A stretch of 52,947 bases of DNA from an uncultured Burkholderiaceae bacterium (lineage in GTDB: Bacteria > Pseudomonadota > Alphaproteobacteria > Acetobacterales > Acetobacteraceae). The notes under the pieces are model-generated. The model was not told where the DNA came from. It was given only the letters and a program-made list of their open reading frames with translations, and did not search any database. Within the stretch, counting starts at the first letter, position 1, and every line of letters begins with the position of its first letter. Both the position numbers and the translations under genes were made by a program. Location of the stretch: assembly GCA_964657445.1 (NCBI GenBank), contig CAZZVB010000002.1, positions 5,179-58,125 on the forward strand, written 5' to 3'. This document shows positions 27,163 through 40,253 of the stretch, piece after piece.

Positions 27163-28671
27163 ATGTCAAAATCCGTTCTCGTCCGGAGCTTTGCAGCCGC
27201 GCTCGCCGTGAACCTCCAGCTGTCAGCCGTTCGCGCCCAAACGCCTTCCACTTCTGCACCGGGAACCACGCCGGACGCGGTTCCCGTTCAAGGCCCCGCG
27301 GAGGGTAACTTGCCCGGCGCCCCGGCAGCCAGCAGCGCCTCACCCAGCGGCGTCACCAACGCGGGGGCAAACGCGGCAACTCCGTTGAACGAGTCCCGGC
27401 TGCTGGGCGACATGGGGGGACTACGCCCCCTGCTGAATGGCCATGGCGTTTCTTTCGGCCTGTCTGAACAGTCCGAGCTTTACGGAAACTTCACAGGCGG
27501 CGTCCACCAAGGCGCCATCTACGAGGGCCTGACCGAGGCGGGGATCGGGATCGATAGCAAGGCGGCTTTCGGATGGACGGGCGGCACCTTCAACATCACC
27601 GCTTTCCAGTTCCACGGGCGCGGCCTTACGGCGAACAACGTGCCATCGCTGCTACCCGTCAGCAGCGCGGAACAGACCGCGCGCGGTTTTCGGCTTTTCG
27701 AGGCATGGTATGAGCAAATACTACTGGATAAGCAGGTAGCGATCCGGGTTGGCCAGCTTAGCGCCGACGTCGAATTCATCACGACGCAATACGGCAGCTT
27801 ATTTCTCAATGCCGGCTACGGGTTCCCAACGTTGCCGAGCGACGACCTACCGTCCGGCGGGCCGGCCTATCCGCTCGCCACGCCGGGCATTCGCGTGAAG
27901 TATCAATCGAACGACTCCCTTGCGATCTTGGCCGGCGTGTTCAACGGCAGCCCGGCCGGTCCCGGCATCGGAGATCCGCAACGGCGCGACCTGAGCGGCA
28001 CGGCGTTCCGGCTGAATGACGGCACGTTCGTCATTTCCGAATTAGAGTATGGCATCAACCAAGGCGATAACGCGGCCGGACTGCCTGGCATCTACAAGCT
28101 CGGGGTCTGGTACGATACGTTGGCGTTTCCCAACGAGCGGGAGAATTTCACCGGTCTAGGATTGGGCAGCCTGCCGGCGGGCACGATCGCGGCGCCGCTC
28201 GCACGGAACAGCTTCCGCAATGACTACAGCGTCTACGCGGTGATGGACCAACTGCTTTACAAGAAGCCCGACACCCCGGATGGCGGACTCGGGCTCTTCG
28301 TCCGCGCAATGGGCGCGCCGCCCGATCGCAACCTGGTTGACGCCTTCGTGCAGGGCGGCCTGACGTTCAAGGCGCCGTTTGACGGCCGGGACAACGACAC
28401 CGTCGGGTTTGCCGTCAGTTGGTCCCACGTCAGCAATGACGTTTCGAAGGCAAACTCGTATTTCGCGGCGCTGACGGGTCAACCTGTCCCTGTGCGGCGT
28501 AGCGAGACGCAGCTTGAACTCACCTACCAGGCACAGTTGGCGCCGTGGTTCCAGGTGCAGCCGGACTTTCAATATATAGCCTCGCCCGGCGGTGGCGTAG
28601 CGAACCCGCTGACCGGCCGGCGCGTCCGGGATGCCGCGATCCTGGCAGTGCGGACCAACGTCACGTTCTGA
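27163..28671 (+). CDS. Carbohydrate-selective porin, OprB family
   Basis: LLGDMGGLR, LFEAWYEQ, GPAYPLATPG, GLPGIYKLG, ELTYQAQ, QPDFQYI, terminal Phe. Confidence 0.9.
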   Translation: MSKSVLVRSFAAALAVNLQLSAVRAQTPSTSAPGTTPDAVPVQGPAEGNLPGAPAASSASPSGVTNAGANAATPLNESRLLGDMGGLRPLLNGHGVSFGLSEQSELYGNFTGGVHQGAIYEGLTEAGIGIDSKAAFGWTGGTFNITAFQFHGRGLTANNVPSLLPVSSAEQTARGFRLFEAWYEQILLDKQVAIRVGQLSADVEFITTQYGSLFLNAGYGFPTLPSDDLPSGGPAYPLATPGIRVKYQSNDSLAILAGVFNGSPAGPGIGDPQRRDLSGTAFRLNDGTFVISELEYGINQGDNAAGLPGIYKLGVWYDTLAFPNERENFTGLGLGSLPAGTIAAPLARNSFRNDYSVYAVMDQLLYKKPDTPDGGLGLFVRAMGAPPDRNLVDAFVQGGLTFKAPFDGRDNDTVGFAVSWSHVSNDVSKANSYFAALTGQPVPVRRSETQLELTYQAQLAPWFQVQPDFQYIASPGGGVANPLTGRRVRDAAILAVRTNVTF

Positions 28672-28677
28672 GCGCGG

Positions 28678-29877
28678 CTAGTGAATCATCGGGCAGCCGC
28701 CCTGGTCGAGCGGACGGAACGCCTCGCCGGCTGGAATGGTGGAAACAGGCTCGTAAAGATCCCAATCCGACTTCGACGCTGCCGGGGCCTTGACCCGATA
28801 CACATACATCGGATGGATCGCCCGTCCGTCCTCGCGGATGGCGACGTGGCCGAACACCGGATCGTCGCTCGGCACACGCTTCATCTCGGCAACGACCTTG
28901 TCCCCATCGATGGAATTGGCTCGCTTGACGGCGCGTAGATAGGCCAGCACCGAGGAATAAACACCTGCCTGGTTCTCTGTTGGCACGCGGCCGGGCATCT
29001 GGGCGGCGAAGCGCTTCGCAAAATCGCGGCTGCCGTCGTCGCGGTCCCAGTAATAGGCTTCCGTCAACATCAGCCCCTGCGCCAGCGGCAGGCCAAGCGA
29101 CTTGATGTCCACAATTTGCGTGAACAGGCCGACGATCTTCTGTTTCGGCGTCAATCCAAACTCCGACGATTGCTTGATCGCATTGATCAGATCGCTGCCC
29201 GTATCACCGAACGCGACCACGTCGGAGCCCGAGGCTTGCGCCTGCAACAGATAAGACGAGAAATCCGTGGTGCCGAGCGGATGCTTCACAAGGCCCAGCA
29301 CGCTGCCGCCAAGCTTGTCCACGACTTCCGTAGTATCACGCGCCAGTGCAACGCCCAATGCGTAGTCGAACGTCACGAAAAACCACTTCTTCGCGCCCTC
29401 TTTCGTCAACGTGCGGGCTGCGGCATTGCCCATCGCCCATGTGTCCATCGTCCATTGCACCGTTGTCGGCTGGCAGAACTTGCCCGTCAGATCGGACGTG
29501 CCGACGTTGCTGCCGAGGAAGGTGCGGTTCCTCTCGTGCAGCACCTGATTGATCGCCAGCGCCACACCGGAGTTCACCGCGTCCGCGACCGCCGCCACGC
29601 CATCGCGGTCCACCCACTCACGCACGATGTTGCTGCCGATGTCAGGCTTATTTTGGTGGTCGCCGTAGAGGATCTCGACCTTCAGCCCATCCGCCTCCTT
29701 GGCGAAATCATCCGCCGCCAGATGCGCCGCCACGACTGATCCCTTGCCCGATTGATCGGCAAACGGCCCCGACTGATCGTTGATGACGCCGATTTTGACG
29801 GTGTTGCCAGGTATTTCGGCAAAGGCTGGTAGCGTCAGCACGGCGATCATGCCGACAGCAAGCAGGACGGATTTCAT
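28678..29877 (-). CDS. Branched-chain amino acid-type ABC substrate-binding protein (orphan)
   Basis: MKSVLLA signal, KIGVINDQSG, DHQNKPD, DYALG, DFSSYLLQAQAS, IREDGR; start at ATG 29877. Confidence 0.9.
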   Translation of the reverse strand: MKSVLLAVGMIAVLTLPAFAEIPGNTVKIGVINDQSGPFADQSGKGSVVAAHLAADDFAKEADGLKVEILYGDHQNKPDIGSNIVREWVDRDGVAAVADAVNSGVALAINQVLHERNRTFLGSNVGTSDLTGKFCQPTTVQWTMDTWAMGNAAARTLTKEGAKKWFFVTFDYALGVALARDTTEVVDKLGGSVLGLVKHPLGTTDFSSYLLQAQASGSDVVAFGDTGSDLINAIKQSSEFGLTPKQKIVGLFTQIVDIKSLGLPLAQGLMLTEAYYWDRDDGSRDFAKRFAAQMPGRVPTENQAGVYSSVLAYLRAVKRANSIDGDKVVAEMKRVPSDDPVFGHVAIREDGRAIHPMYVYRVKAPAASKSDWDLYEPVSTIPAGEAFRPLDQGGCPMIH

Positions 29878-29957
29878 GGCGCGGACGACCCCGGAGCTTC
29901 GTTTTGCTACGGGTATAAGCGTCCGCAGGCGAGAGAACCACCCCGTAAACCGACGCC

Positions 29958-30515
29958 TCAGACGCGCAAATGCTCCGGGATGCGCATGCCGAGCCGGGCG
30001 GGAACATCCCAAATCTCCCGCACTGACCGGACGGGCCGGAAACCCGTGCGCAGGTAGGTCGGCAACGCCCGGCGGTGGTCGGCGGTGCACGTATTGACGG
30101 TGACGCCGCGGCTGCTGCTGGCAAACGCTTCGTCCACCGCCGCGCGCAGGAACGCAGGGCCCATGCCACGGCCCACGGCATGCGGCATCAACCCGAAATA
30201 GCTGAGGTTCACATCTGGCCGCGCGCGTCCATCGAGTTCGAAGAAGCCGGCGGGCTCGCCGCCTTGATACAGCACGTGGATCGAAACGGCGCTGTCTTCG
30301 AGAATGCCCTGCAGTGCGGAATCGGGCAGTGCGCGCCGCAGCCACCAGAGGTGCGGAGCGCCGACCGTGTCGTAAAGGTAACGGTAGAACGCCACGGTCG
30401 GCGTCGTAAGGCGCACCAGCGTTGCGTCCTCCGGCAGAAGCGGAACCGGGGCCACCGGCCGGTTGTCCATACGCAGGAACGTCACCGTCACGGCGACCCG
30501 GGTGGACGGTTGCAC
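29958..30515 (-). CDS. GNAT family N-acetyltransferase
   Basis: FYRYLY, AGFFELD, YFGL, GRGMG, TCTADH, YLRTGF. Confidence 0.85.
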   Translation of the reverse strand: MQPSTRVAVTVTFLRMDNRPVAPVPLLPEDATLVRLTTPTVAFYRYLYDTVGAPHLWWLRRALPDSALQGILEDSAVSIHVLYQGGEPAGFFELDGRARPDVNLSYFGLMPHAVGRGMGPAFLRAAVDEAFASSSRGVTVNTCTADHRRALPTYLRTGFRPVRSVREIWDVPARLGMRIPEHLRV

Positions 30516-30559
30516 GGTCTAGCGCTCTACAAAGGCCACGATCGCCGCCCGCTGCCGTT

Positions 30560-32497
30560 TCAGTCGTCGAGGAATGAACGCAGCTTACGGCTACGGCTCG
30601 GATGCTTCAATTTACGAAGCGCCTTGGCCTCGATCTGGCGGATACGCTCGCGGGTGACGTTGAATTGCTGACCCACTTCCTCGAGCGTATGGTCGGTGTT
30701 CATGCCGATCCCGAACCGCATGCGCAGCACACGCTCCTCGCGGGGCGTGAGCGACGATAGCACGCGCGTGGTGGCCTCGCGCAGATTGGCCTGGATCGCA
30801 GCGTCGAGGGGGATGACGGCCGCCTTGTCCTCGATGAAGTCACCTAGGTGGCTGTCCTCCTCATCGCCAATCGGCGTCTCGAGGCTGATCGGCTCCTTGG
30901 CGATCTTGAGGACCTTCCGCACTTTCTCCAGCGGCATCCCGAGCTTCTCGGCAAGTTCCTCAGGCGCTGGTTCGCGGCCGATCTCGTGCAGCATCTGCCG
31001 GCTGGTGCGGACCAGCTTGTTGATCGTCTCGATCATATGGACCGGAATACGGATCGTCCGCGCCTGGTCCGCGATGGACCGGGTGATCGCCTGGCGAATC
31101 CACCATGTGGCGTAGGTGCTGAACTTGTAACCGCGGCGGTATTCGAACTTATCGACCGCCTTCATCAGCCCGATATTGCCTTCCTGGATCAGGTCCAGGA
31201 ACTGCAACCCGCGGTTGGTGTATTTCTTAGCAATGGAGATCACCAGGCGCAGGTTCGCCTCGATCATCTCCTTCTTGGCGCGGGCGCTGTCACGCTCGCC
31301 GCGACTGACCGTTGTGTAAACCCGGCGGAATTCAGCAATCGGGAGCCCGGCATCCTGCGCCACCGCGCCGATCATGGCGCGAAGCTTGGCCGCTTCCTCA
31401 AAATGCTTGGCCGTGAACGTCTTCCAGCCGCGACCGCTCAAGTGGGCTACGCGCTCCATCCAGTTCGGGTCCAGCTCGTGGCCGCGGTATTCCTTCAGGA
31501 ACTCGTCGCGCGGCACCTTTGACTGCTCGCCCATGCGCAGCAGTTGGCCCTCGAGCTGGTTCAGCCGGGTGCTGAGCTGCTTGAGCTGGGTGACCAGTTC
31601 CTCGATACGATTGTTGTGCAGGCGTACCTGCTCCACGCGGCCGACCAGTTCCTCGCGCTGCTTCTCGTAGCTTTTTTCAGACCGGGCGTTGATCTCCTCG
31701 CCCAGGGTCATCGTTTCCAGCCGGCGCGACTGGACCTTATGCAGCTTCTTGTAGAGCGCCTCGATCTCCTCGAAGTTGGCGAGAACCTCGGGCTTCAGCT
31801 TCTCCTCCAAAGCCGATAGCGACATGCCGGGGCCTTCGCCCTCTTCACTGTCGTCCTCCGGCTCAGCCGGCTCCGCACCCTCTGCCTCGGCCCCTTCCGC
31901 CAGCGCTTCGGGGGGCGGGGCGCCGGCGCCCTGAGTTGCCTCCAGGTCCACGATGTCACGCAACAGCATGCGGCCAGCCTTCAGCGCGTCATGCCAGGCG
32001 ATGATGGCGCGGAAGGTCAGCGGGCTTTCGCACAAACCGCCGATCATCATGTCGCGGCCGGCCTCGATCCGCTTGGCGATGGCGATCTCGCCCTCGCGCG
32101 ACAGGAGCTCCACGGAGCCCATTTCGCGCAGATACATGCGCACCGGGTCGTCGGTACGGCCAAGGTTGGCCTCATCCACGTTGCCGGTGGGCTCGGCTTC
32201 CTCGGTCTCCTCGTCCTTCTCGGCCTTGGCGGGTGCGGCCTCGCCGTCCTCGGCTTCCTCGCCCTCGACGACCTGGATGCCCATCTCGCTGAGCATGGCC
32301 ATCACGTCCTCGATCTGCTCAGAACTGTTATGTTCCGGCGGCAGGACTGCGTTCAGCTCGTCGAAGGTGATATAGCCACGCTCCTTGCCGCGCGCGATCA
32401 GCCGCTTGACGGCGGCTGCGTTGGTGTCGAGCAGCGTCGTGTCGGCGTCCTGCTCGGCGGTCGCAGTTTCGGCAGATGCGGCGGGCTTGGTCGCCAT
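30560..32497 (-). CDS. rpoD: RNA polymerase sigma factor RpoD
   Basis: [56 protein letters not shown]. Confidence 0.99.
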   Translation of the reverse strand: MATKPAASAETATAEQDADTTLLDTNAAAVKRLIARGKERGYITFDELNAVLPPEHNSSEQIEDVMAMLSEMGIQVVEGEEAEDGEAAPAKAEKDEETEEAEPTGNVDEANLGRTDDPVRMYLREMGSVELLSREGEIAIAKRIEAGRDMMIGGLCESPLTFRAIIAWHDALKAGRMLLRDIVDLEATQGAGAPPPEALAEGAEAEGAEPAEPEDDSEEGEGPGMSLSALEEKLKPEVLANFEEIEALYKKLHKVQSRRLETMTLGEEINARSEKSYEKQREELVGRVEQVRLHNNRIEELVTQLKQLSTRLNQLEGQLLRMGEQSKVPRDEFLKEYRGHELDPNWMERVAHLSGRGWKTFTAKHFEEAAKLRAMIGAVAQDAGLPIAEFRRVYTTVSRGERDSARAKKEMIEANLRLVISIAKKYTNRGLQFLDLIQEGNIGLMKAVDKFEYRRGYKFSTYATWWIRQAITRSIADQARTIRIPVHMIETINKLVRTSRQMLHEIGREPAPEELAEKLGMPLEKVRKVLKIAKEPISLETPIGDEEDSHLGDFIEDKAAVIPLDAAIQANLREATTRVLSSLTPREERVLRMRFGIGMNTDHTLEEVGQQFNVTRERIRQIEAKALRKLKHPSRSRKLRSFLDD

Positions 32498-32525
32498 AAG
32501 ATAGTCTCCAACTCAAATCGGCCGG

Positions 32526-34316
32526 TTAGGCCTCACCATCATCGACCTGGGCATCACGCGACAGCGCGTCCCGGGCCGCGCATAGCGCGACCAGCCGCTC
32601 CTGCGTCGCCGGGTCTGGCGAACGCTCGAAGGCGGCCCTAGCAGCGGCCACCTCTTCCTCCAGGCGAGGCCGGTTGAGCAATCCGAAGAAATGCCACCAG
32701 CCAACTTCTGCCTCCGCCGGCATCGCACCCGGCCCGGCGCAAGCCGGCAACGGCATCGGGCGGTCTGCCAGCACGAGTCTCGCCATTGTGGAGTGTCCGG
32801 ATACCGCGAGGTGGTTCATGAGACCCGCCGAGTCAAGCTCAGAGGCCGAATCATACCAATCAAGAATTGCATCGCGCAGCGAAACGAGCCCTGGTGTGAG
32901 CACTAGGCTGGACAGAGCTTCCGCGACATCGTGGATCAACGCAGGGTGGTTCAGCAGGATGGCGAGCATGGCCCGGTGCCGCTCGGCATTGGCCTCCCCA
33001 CTCTCGACCGGATTGCGTTGCATCGGCGTTGCGCGGGGTGCCCCGGCCTTCTTGCCGCGCCGGGTGGACTCGAAGAAGCGGTCGCGCAAAGCGGTGCGAT
33101 ACTCGTTGGACAATGCCTTGTCGGTGATGCGGGCGGCAGCGGCGTCCAACCGGGCGCGCAAGGCGGCGCGGGCTTCCGGCGTATCGCCGGCGAACCCCTC
33201 CCGCAGAAGGTCGAACAACGCCATGGACAAAGGCCGCCGGCTCGCCAGAACGGCCGCGAAGGCGGCCGCGCCCCGGCCGCGGACCAGCGTGTCCGGATCC
33301 TCGCCCGGCGGAAGTGTCGCCAGGCACAGCGTTCGATCGATGGCGATCAACGGCAGCGCCACTTCGGCGGCCCGTGCGGCCGCGCGCGCACCCGCTGCGT
33401 CGCCATCGAAACACAGTGTCGGCGCATCGGCCAGGCGCCAGATTTCCTCGAGCTGGCCGGCGGTCAGGGCGGTGCCGAGCGGAGCAACCGCGCCGGTGAA
33501 CCCGGCCTGGTGCAAGGCGATCACGTCCATGTAGCCCTCGGCCACGATCACGCCGTGTGGCGACTTGCGGGACCCTTCACGGGCGAGGTCGAGCGCATAG
33601 AGCGTGCGGGACTTGGAATAGACCGCCGTTTCCGGTCCGTTGATATACTTCGGCTTGACGTCCCCAAGCGCCCGGCCGCCGAAGCTGATGGTTCGCCCGC
33701 GACGGTCGCGGATCGGGAACATAACGCGATTGTAGAACAGCTCCCGCGCGCTGCCGTCATCACGCGATTGCATGAGACCAGCCTCTGCCATGCGTGCCGG
33801 AGGAATGTCGGACCGGCCAAGTTCCGCCGTCAGGTCGCCACGCCCATCGCCGGACCAGCCCAAGCCAAACCGGTCGATCGTCTCATCGCTCAGCCCCCGG
33901 CCGCGTAGGTAGGCGAGCGCCTCCCGCCCCTCGCGGCCGTGCAAGCGCCGGGTGAAGCTGGCGGCGGCGAGGTCCAGCACCCCGGTCAGGTCCAGCCGTT
34001 CGCGTTCCGCTTCCACGGCCTGCGGCCAGGGTTTGGGCACGTCGAGGCCGGCTTCGCCCGCCAGGCGCTCCACCGCCTCGATGAACCCGGCGCCGTCGCT
34101 GTTCATGACGAAGCCGATGGCGTCGCCATGCGCACCGCAGCCGAAGCAGTGGTATCCGTCATCGTAAACGTAGAAGGACGGCGTCTTCTCGCCGTGGAAC
34201 GGGCAGCAGCCCTTCCAGGACTTGCCCGACCGCGCGAGCTTGACCTTCCGCCCGACCAGGGCGGCCATCGGGGTGCGGGCCCGCAGCTCGTCCAGGAACG
34301 CTGGCGGAAGCGCCAT
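32526..34316 (-). CDS. dnaG: DNA primase
   Basis: CPFHGEKTPSF zinc finger, KYINGPET, EGYMDVI, CFDGDAAG, DPD. Confidence 0.98.
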   Translation of the reverse strand: MALPPAFLDELRARTPMAALVGRKVKLARSGKSWKGCCPFHGEKTPSFYVYDDGYHCFGCGAHGDAIGFVMNSDGAGFIEAVERLAGEAGLDVPKPWPQAVEAERERLDLTGVLDLAAASFTRRLHGREGREALAYLRGRGLSDETIDRFGLGWSGDGRGDLTAELGRSDIPPARMAEAGLMQSRDDGSARELFYNRVMFPIRDRRGRTISFGGRALGDVKPKYINGPETAVYSKSRTLYALDLAREGSRKSPHGVIVAEGYMDVIALHQAGFTGAVAPLGTALTAGQLEEIWRLADAPTLCFDGDAAGARAAARAAEVALPLIAIDRTLCLATLPPGEDPDTLVRGRGAAAFAAVLASRRPLSMALFDLLREGFAGDTPEARAALRARLDAAAARITDKALSNEYRTALRDRFFESTRRGKKAGAPRATPMQRNPVESGEANAERHRAMLAILLNHPALIHDVAEALSSLVLTPGLVSLRDAILDWYDSASELDSAGLMNHLAVSGHSTMARLVLADRPMPLPACAGPGAMPAEAEVGWWHFFGLLNRPRLEEEVAAARAAFERSPDPATQERLVALCAARDALSRDAQVDDGEA

Positions 34317-34317
34317 C

Positions 34318-34770
34318 TCAGCCGGCCAGGCGGGCTTTCACCAGCGGCGTTGCCCGAGACATGTCCAGTGCGGCTGCGTGCTTCGCCTTCAGCGCGGCCA
34401 TCACCTTCCCCATGTCCTTCGGCCCAGTGGCGCCGGTTTCCGCCACGGCCGCCTCGACGGCGGCTTTTACCGCGGCATCGTCCATCTGCTGCGGAAGGAA
34501 ACCTTCGATGACGGCGATCTCCGCCTCCTCCTTCGCAGCGAGCTCGGGGCGGTTGCCTTGGCGATAGAGCTCCACCGACTCGCGGCGTGATTTCACCATG
34601 CCGCGCAGGACGGACATGACGGCATCGTCGCTCAACGGATCAGCCGGGCGGGCGGCGATATCGGCGTCCTTCACCTTGGCCAGGATCATCCGCAACGTGG
34701 AGGTACGCGCGGAATCGCCCGCCTTCATGGAAGTCTTCAACGCGTCGGTGAAATCGGTTCGCAGGGTCAT
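34318..34770 (-). CDS. GatB/YqeY domain protein
   Basis: MTLRTDFTDALKTSMKAGD, KSRRES, FLPQQM, DMGKVMAALK; directly upstream of dnaG. Confidence 0.92.
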   Translation of the reverse strand: MTLRTDFTDALKTSMKAGDSARTSTLRMILAKVKDADIAARPADPLSDDAVMSVLRGMVKSRRESVELYRQGNRPELAAKEEAEIAVIEGFLPQQMDDAAVKAAVEAAVAETGATGPKDMGKVMAALKAKHAAALDMSRATPLVKARLAG

Positions 34771-34780
34771 GGGAGGCTTT

Positions 34781-35003
34781 TCAACAGAGGGGAAGTCCGA
34801 GTTGACCGGCAAGGCAGCCAAACAAGCCGTCCGCCTATTTCTGCGCCACACGCGGAGGCGTCGAAATGGCAACAGCCTGGCTGCGCTTGGTGACAGCCGC
34901 TTCCTTGACCTCCCCCGGAACAAACCCGGTCAAGAAAGTCGAGGCAGGTCGCCTTGAAACCAGTCGCCGAAATCGTCTGCATCTCACGATCATTAGTCGT
35001 CAT
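34781..35003 (-). pseudogene. Decayed Phd/YefM-family antitoxin
   Basis: ISATGFKATCLDFLDRV; skipping one base in the G5 run (34912-34916) continues as GEVKEAAVTKRSQAVAISTPP, then an in-frame TAG (34835-34837), then LFGCLAG. Confidence 0.7.
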
Positions 35004-35028
35004 CGTACATGACCAGCTCTGCCTGCAT

Positions 35029-35064
35029 TTGCAATGGGAAGTTTTTTCCCACATAAAGCCGGCA
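35029..35064 (+). promoter_or_regulatory. Putative sigma70 promoter of carA with a palindromic operator in the spacer; probably leaderless
   Basis: TTGCAA (35029-35034)-N17-CATAAA (35052-35057); the spacer is TGGGAA-N5-TTCCCA; ATG 35064 sits at the expected +1 with no SD. Confidence 0.55.
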
Positions 35065-36413
35065 TGCTCAGCGTGGACGAGATCTTAGCGCGGCTTGGCG
35101 GCCCCGACGCAGCGGCAAGGCTCACCGGCGTCGGCTTGGAAGCCATCCGCAAGTGGCGGCAGACCCGGGCCATCCCCTCCAAGCACTGGTCGGCCGTGGT
35201 CGCCGCGACCGGCCTGGCGTTCACCGACCTGCAACCCGACCAACGGAGCGCCGCTATGTTCGACACCCAGTCCAGTCCTCCGGGGGCCACCGCCGCATTG
35301 GTGCTGGCGGATGGCAAGGTGTTTTGGGGCCGCGGGTTCGGCGCGTTCAGCGACGGGCGAGTCGGCGAGCTGTGTTTTAACACGGGGATGACCGGCTATC
35401 AGGAAACGCTGACCGATGCGTCCTATGCCGGGCAGATCATCACCTTCACTTTCCCCCATATCGGCAACGTGGGCACCAACCCTGGCGACATGGAGGCAAT
35501 CAACCCGGCCGCGCTGGGCCTGATCGTCAAGCAGGACGTGACCGAGCCCTCCAATTGGCGGTCGATACAGCCGCTTGATGGCTGGCTGAAGGTTCAGGGC
35601 ATGCCGGGCCTGGCCGGCGTCGATACGCGGGCGCTGACCCTGCACATCCGCGATGGCGGTCCCCCGAGCGCGGTCATCGCTTTCCCAGCCGACGGCAGGC
35701 TCGACATCGCGGCGCTGCAGGCGCAGGCCGCGGCGTGGCCGGGCCTGGAGGGGATGGACCTGGCGAAGCAGGTCTCGTGCACGCAGAGCTACGAGTGGGA
35801 CGAGGGTACGTGGTCGTTCCCCGGCGGCTTCGAGCGGCAGACCGACCTGCGGCATCATGTCGTCGCGGTCGATTACGGCGCCAAGCGGAACATCCTTCGC
35901 TCACTCGCGCAGGCGGGGTGCCGCGTCACAGTGGTCCCCGCCGAGGCAACGGCCGAAGATATCCTTCGCCATAAGCCGGACGGCGTGTTCCTGTCCAACG
36001 GACCCGGTGATCCGGCGGCCACCGGCACCTACGCAGTCCCCGCGATCCAGGGCGTGCTGGACGCCAACGTGCCGGTGTTCGGCATCTGCCTTGGCCACCA
36101 ATTGCTGGCGCTGGCGCTGGGGGCCAAGACCTATAAGCTCGACCGCGGTCACCGCGGCGCTAACCAGCCGGTGCAGGATCTCGCGACCGGCAAGGTCGAG
36201 ATCACCAGCCAGAACCACGGCTTCGCTGTCGCCGATGACAGCCTGCCGGACGGGGTGCGGATCACCCACACCTCCCTGTTCGACGGCAGCAACGAGGGGA
36301 TCGCATGCGAGGCCCGGCGAGCCTTCAGTGTGCAGTATCACCCGGAAGCATCCCCAGGGCCGAGCGACAGCGCGCATCTCTTCCGGCGGTTCACCGCCAT
36401 GATGGCGGGCTAA
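35064..36413 (+). CDS. carA: Carbamoyl-phosphate synthase small subunit with an N-terminal Cro-like HTH extension
   Basis: [44 protein letters not shown]; about 64 extra N-terminal residues ([25 protein letters not shown]...IP). Confidence 0.95.
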   Translation: MLSVDEILARLGGPDAAARLTGVGLEAIRKWRQTRAIPSKHWSAVVAATGLAFTDLQPDQRSAAMFDTQSSPPGATAALVLADGKVFWGRGFGAFSDGRVGELCFNTGMTGYQETLTDASYAGQIITFTFPHIGNVGTNPGDMEAINPAALGLIVKQDVTEPSNWRSIQPLDGWLKVQGMPGLAGVDTRALTLHIRDGGPPSAVIAFPADGRLDIAALQAQAAAWPGLEGMDLAKQVSCTQSYEWDEGTWSFPGGFERQTDLRHHVVAVDYGAKRNILRSLAQAGCRVTVVPAEATAEDILRHKPDGVFLSNGPGDPAATGTYAVPAIQGVLDANVPVFGICLGHQLLALALGAKTYKLDRGHRGANQPVQDLATGKVEITSQNHGFAVADDSLPDGVRITHTSLFDGSNEGIACEARRAFSVQYHPEASPGPSDSAHLFRRFTAMMAG

Positions 36414-36417
36414 GCGT

Positions 36418-39660
<3,243 letters not shown>

Positions 39661-39751
39661 TCGGACGGCGGGTGGCACGCTTCACCTGCCGCATGGTCGT
39701 GTCCGCTCATTAGACCCGGGTCGCCGGGATACGCTTGGGAAGTTGCCTATC

Positions 39752-40225
39752 TTGCAGAAATTTCCAATGACCGCGCCTGGCCTTGTGCGTCTGGAGGCCG
39801 AACTGCGCGTCCTGAAGTCGCAGGAGCGTCCGGCGGTGATTCGCGCGATCGCGGAAGCACGCAGCCACGGCGACCTGAGCGAAAACGCGGAGTATCATGC
39901 AGCGCGCGAGCGGCAGTCCTTCATCGAGGGCCGCATCATTGAGCTGGAAGAGATCGTGTCCGGCGCGGAAGTCATCGACCCGTCCAGCCTGTCCGGTGAT
40001 AAGGTGAAGTTCGGCGCGCATGTCCGCTTGGTGGACGAGGAAACCGAAAAAGAGGCCACGTACCAGATCGTCGGCATGCATGAGGCTGACATCAAGCAGG
40101 CCCGGCTCTCCATCTCCTCCCCGCTTGCCAAGGCGCTGATCAACAAGAAAGTCGGAGAGACGGTGTCCGTGCCGGCACCCGGCGGTGATCGCACCTACGA
40201 AATCCTCGCGGTCAGCTTCGGTTAG
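39752..40225 (+). CDS. greA: Transcription elongation factor GreA
   Basis: ARSHGDLSENAEYHAARE, SISSPLAKALI; probable TTG start. Confidence 0.97.
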   Translation: MQKFPMTAPGLVRLEAELRVLKSQERPAVIRAIAEARSHGDLSENAEYHAARERQSFIEGRIIELEEIVSGAEVIDPSSLSGDKVKFGAHVRLVDEETEKEATYQIVGMHEADIKQARLSISSPLAKALINKKVGETVSVPAPGGDRTYEILAVSFG

Positions 40226-40253
40226 TCCAGCCGCCCTTTTTTCGGGTCACGCC

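Noticed and set aside
29878-30345. 555-aa ORF extending the substrate-binding protein upstream
   Set aside because: The extension overlaps the GNAT gene; the signal peptide begins at ATG 29877.
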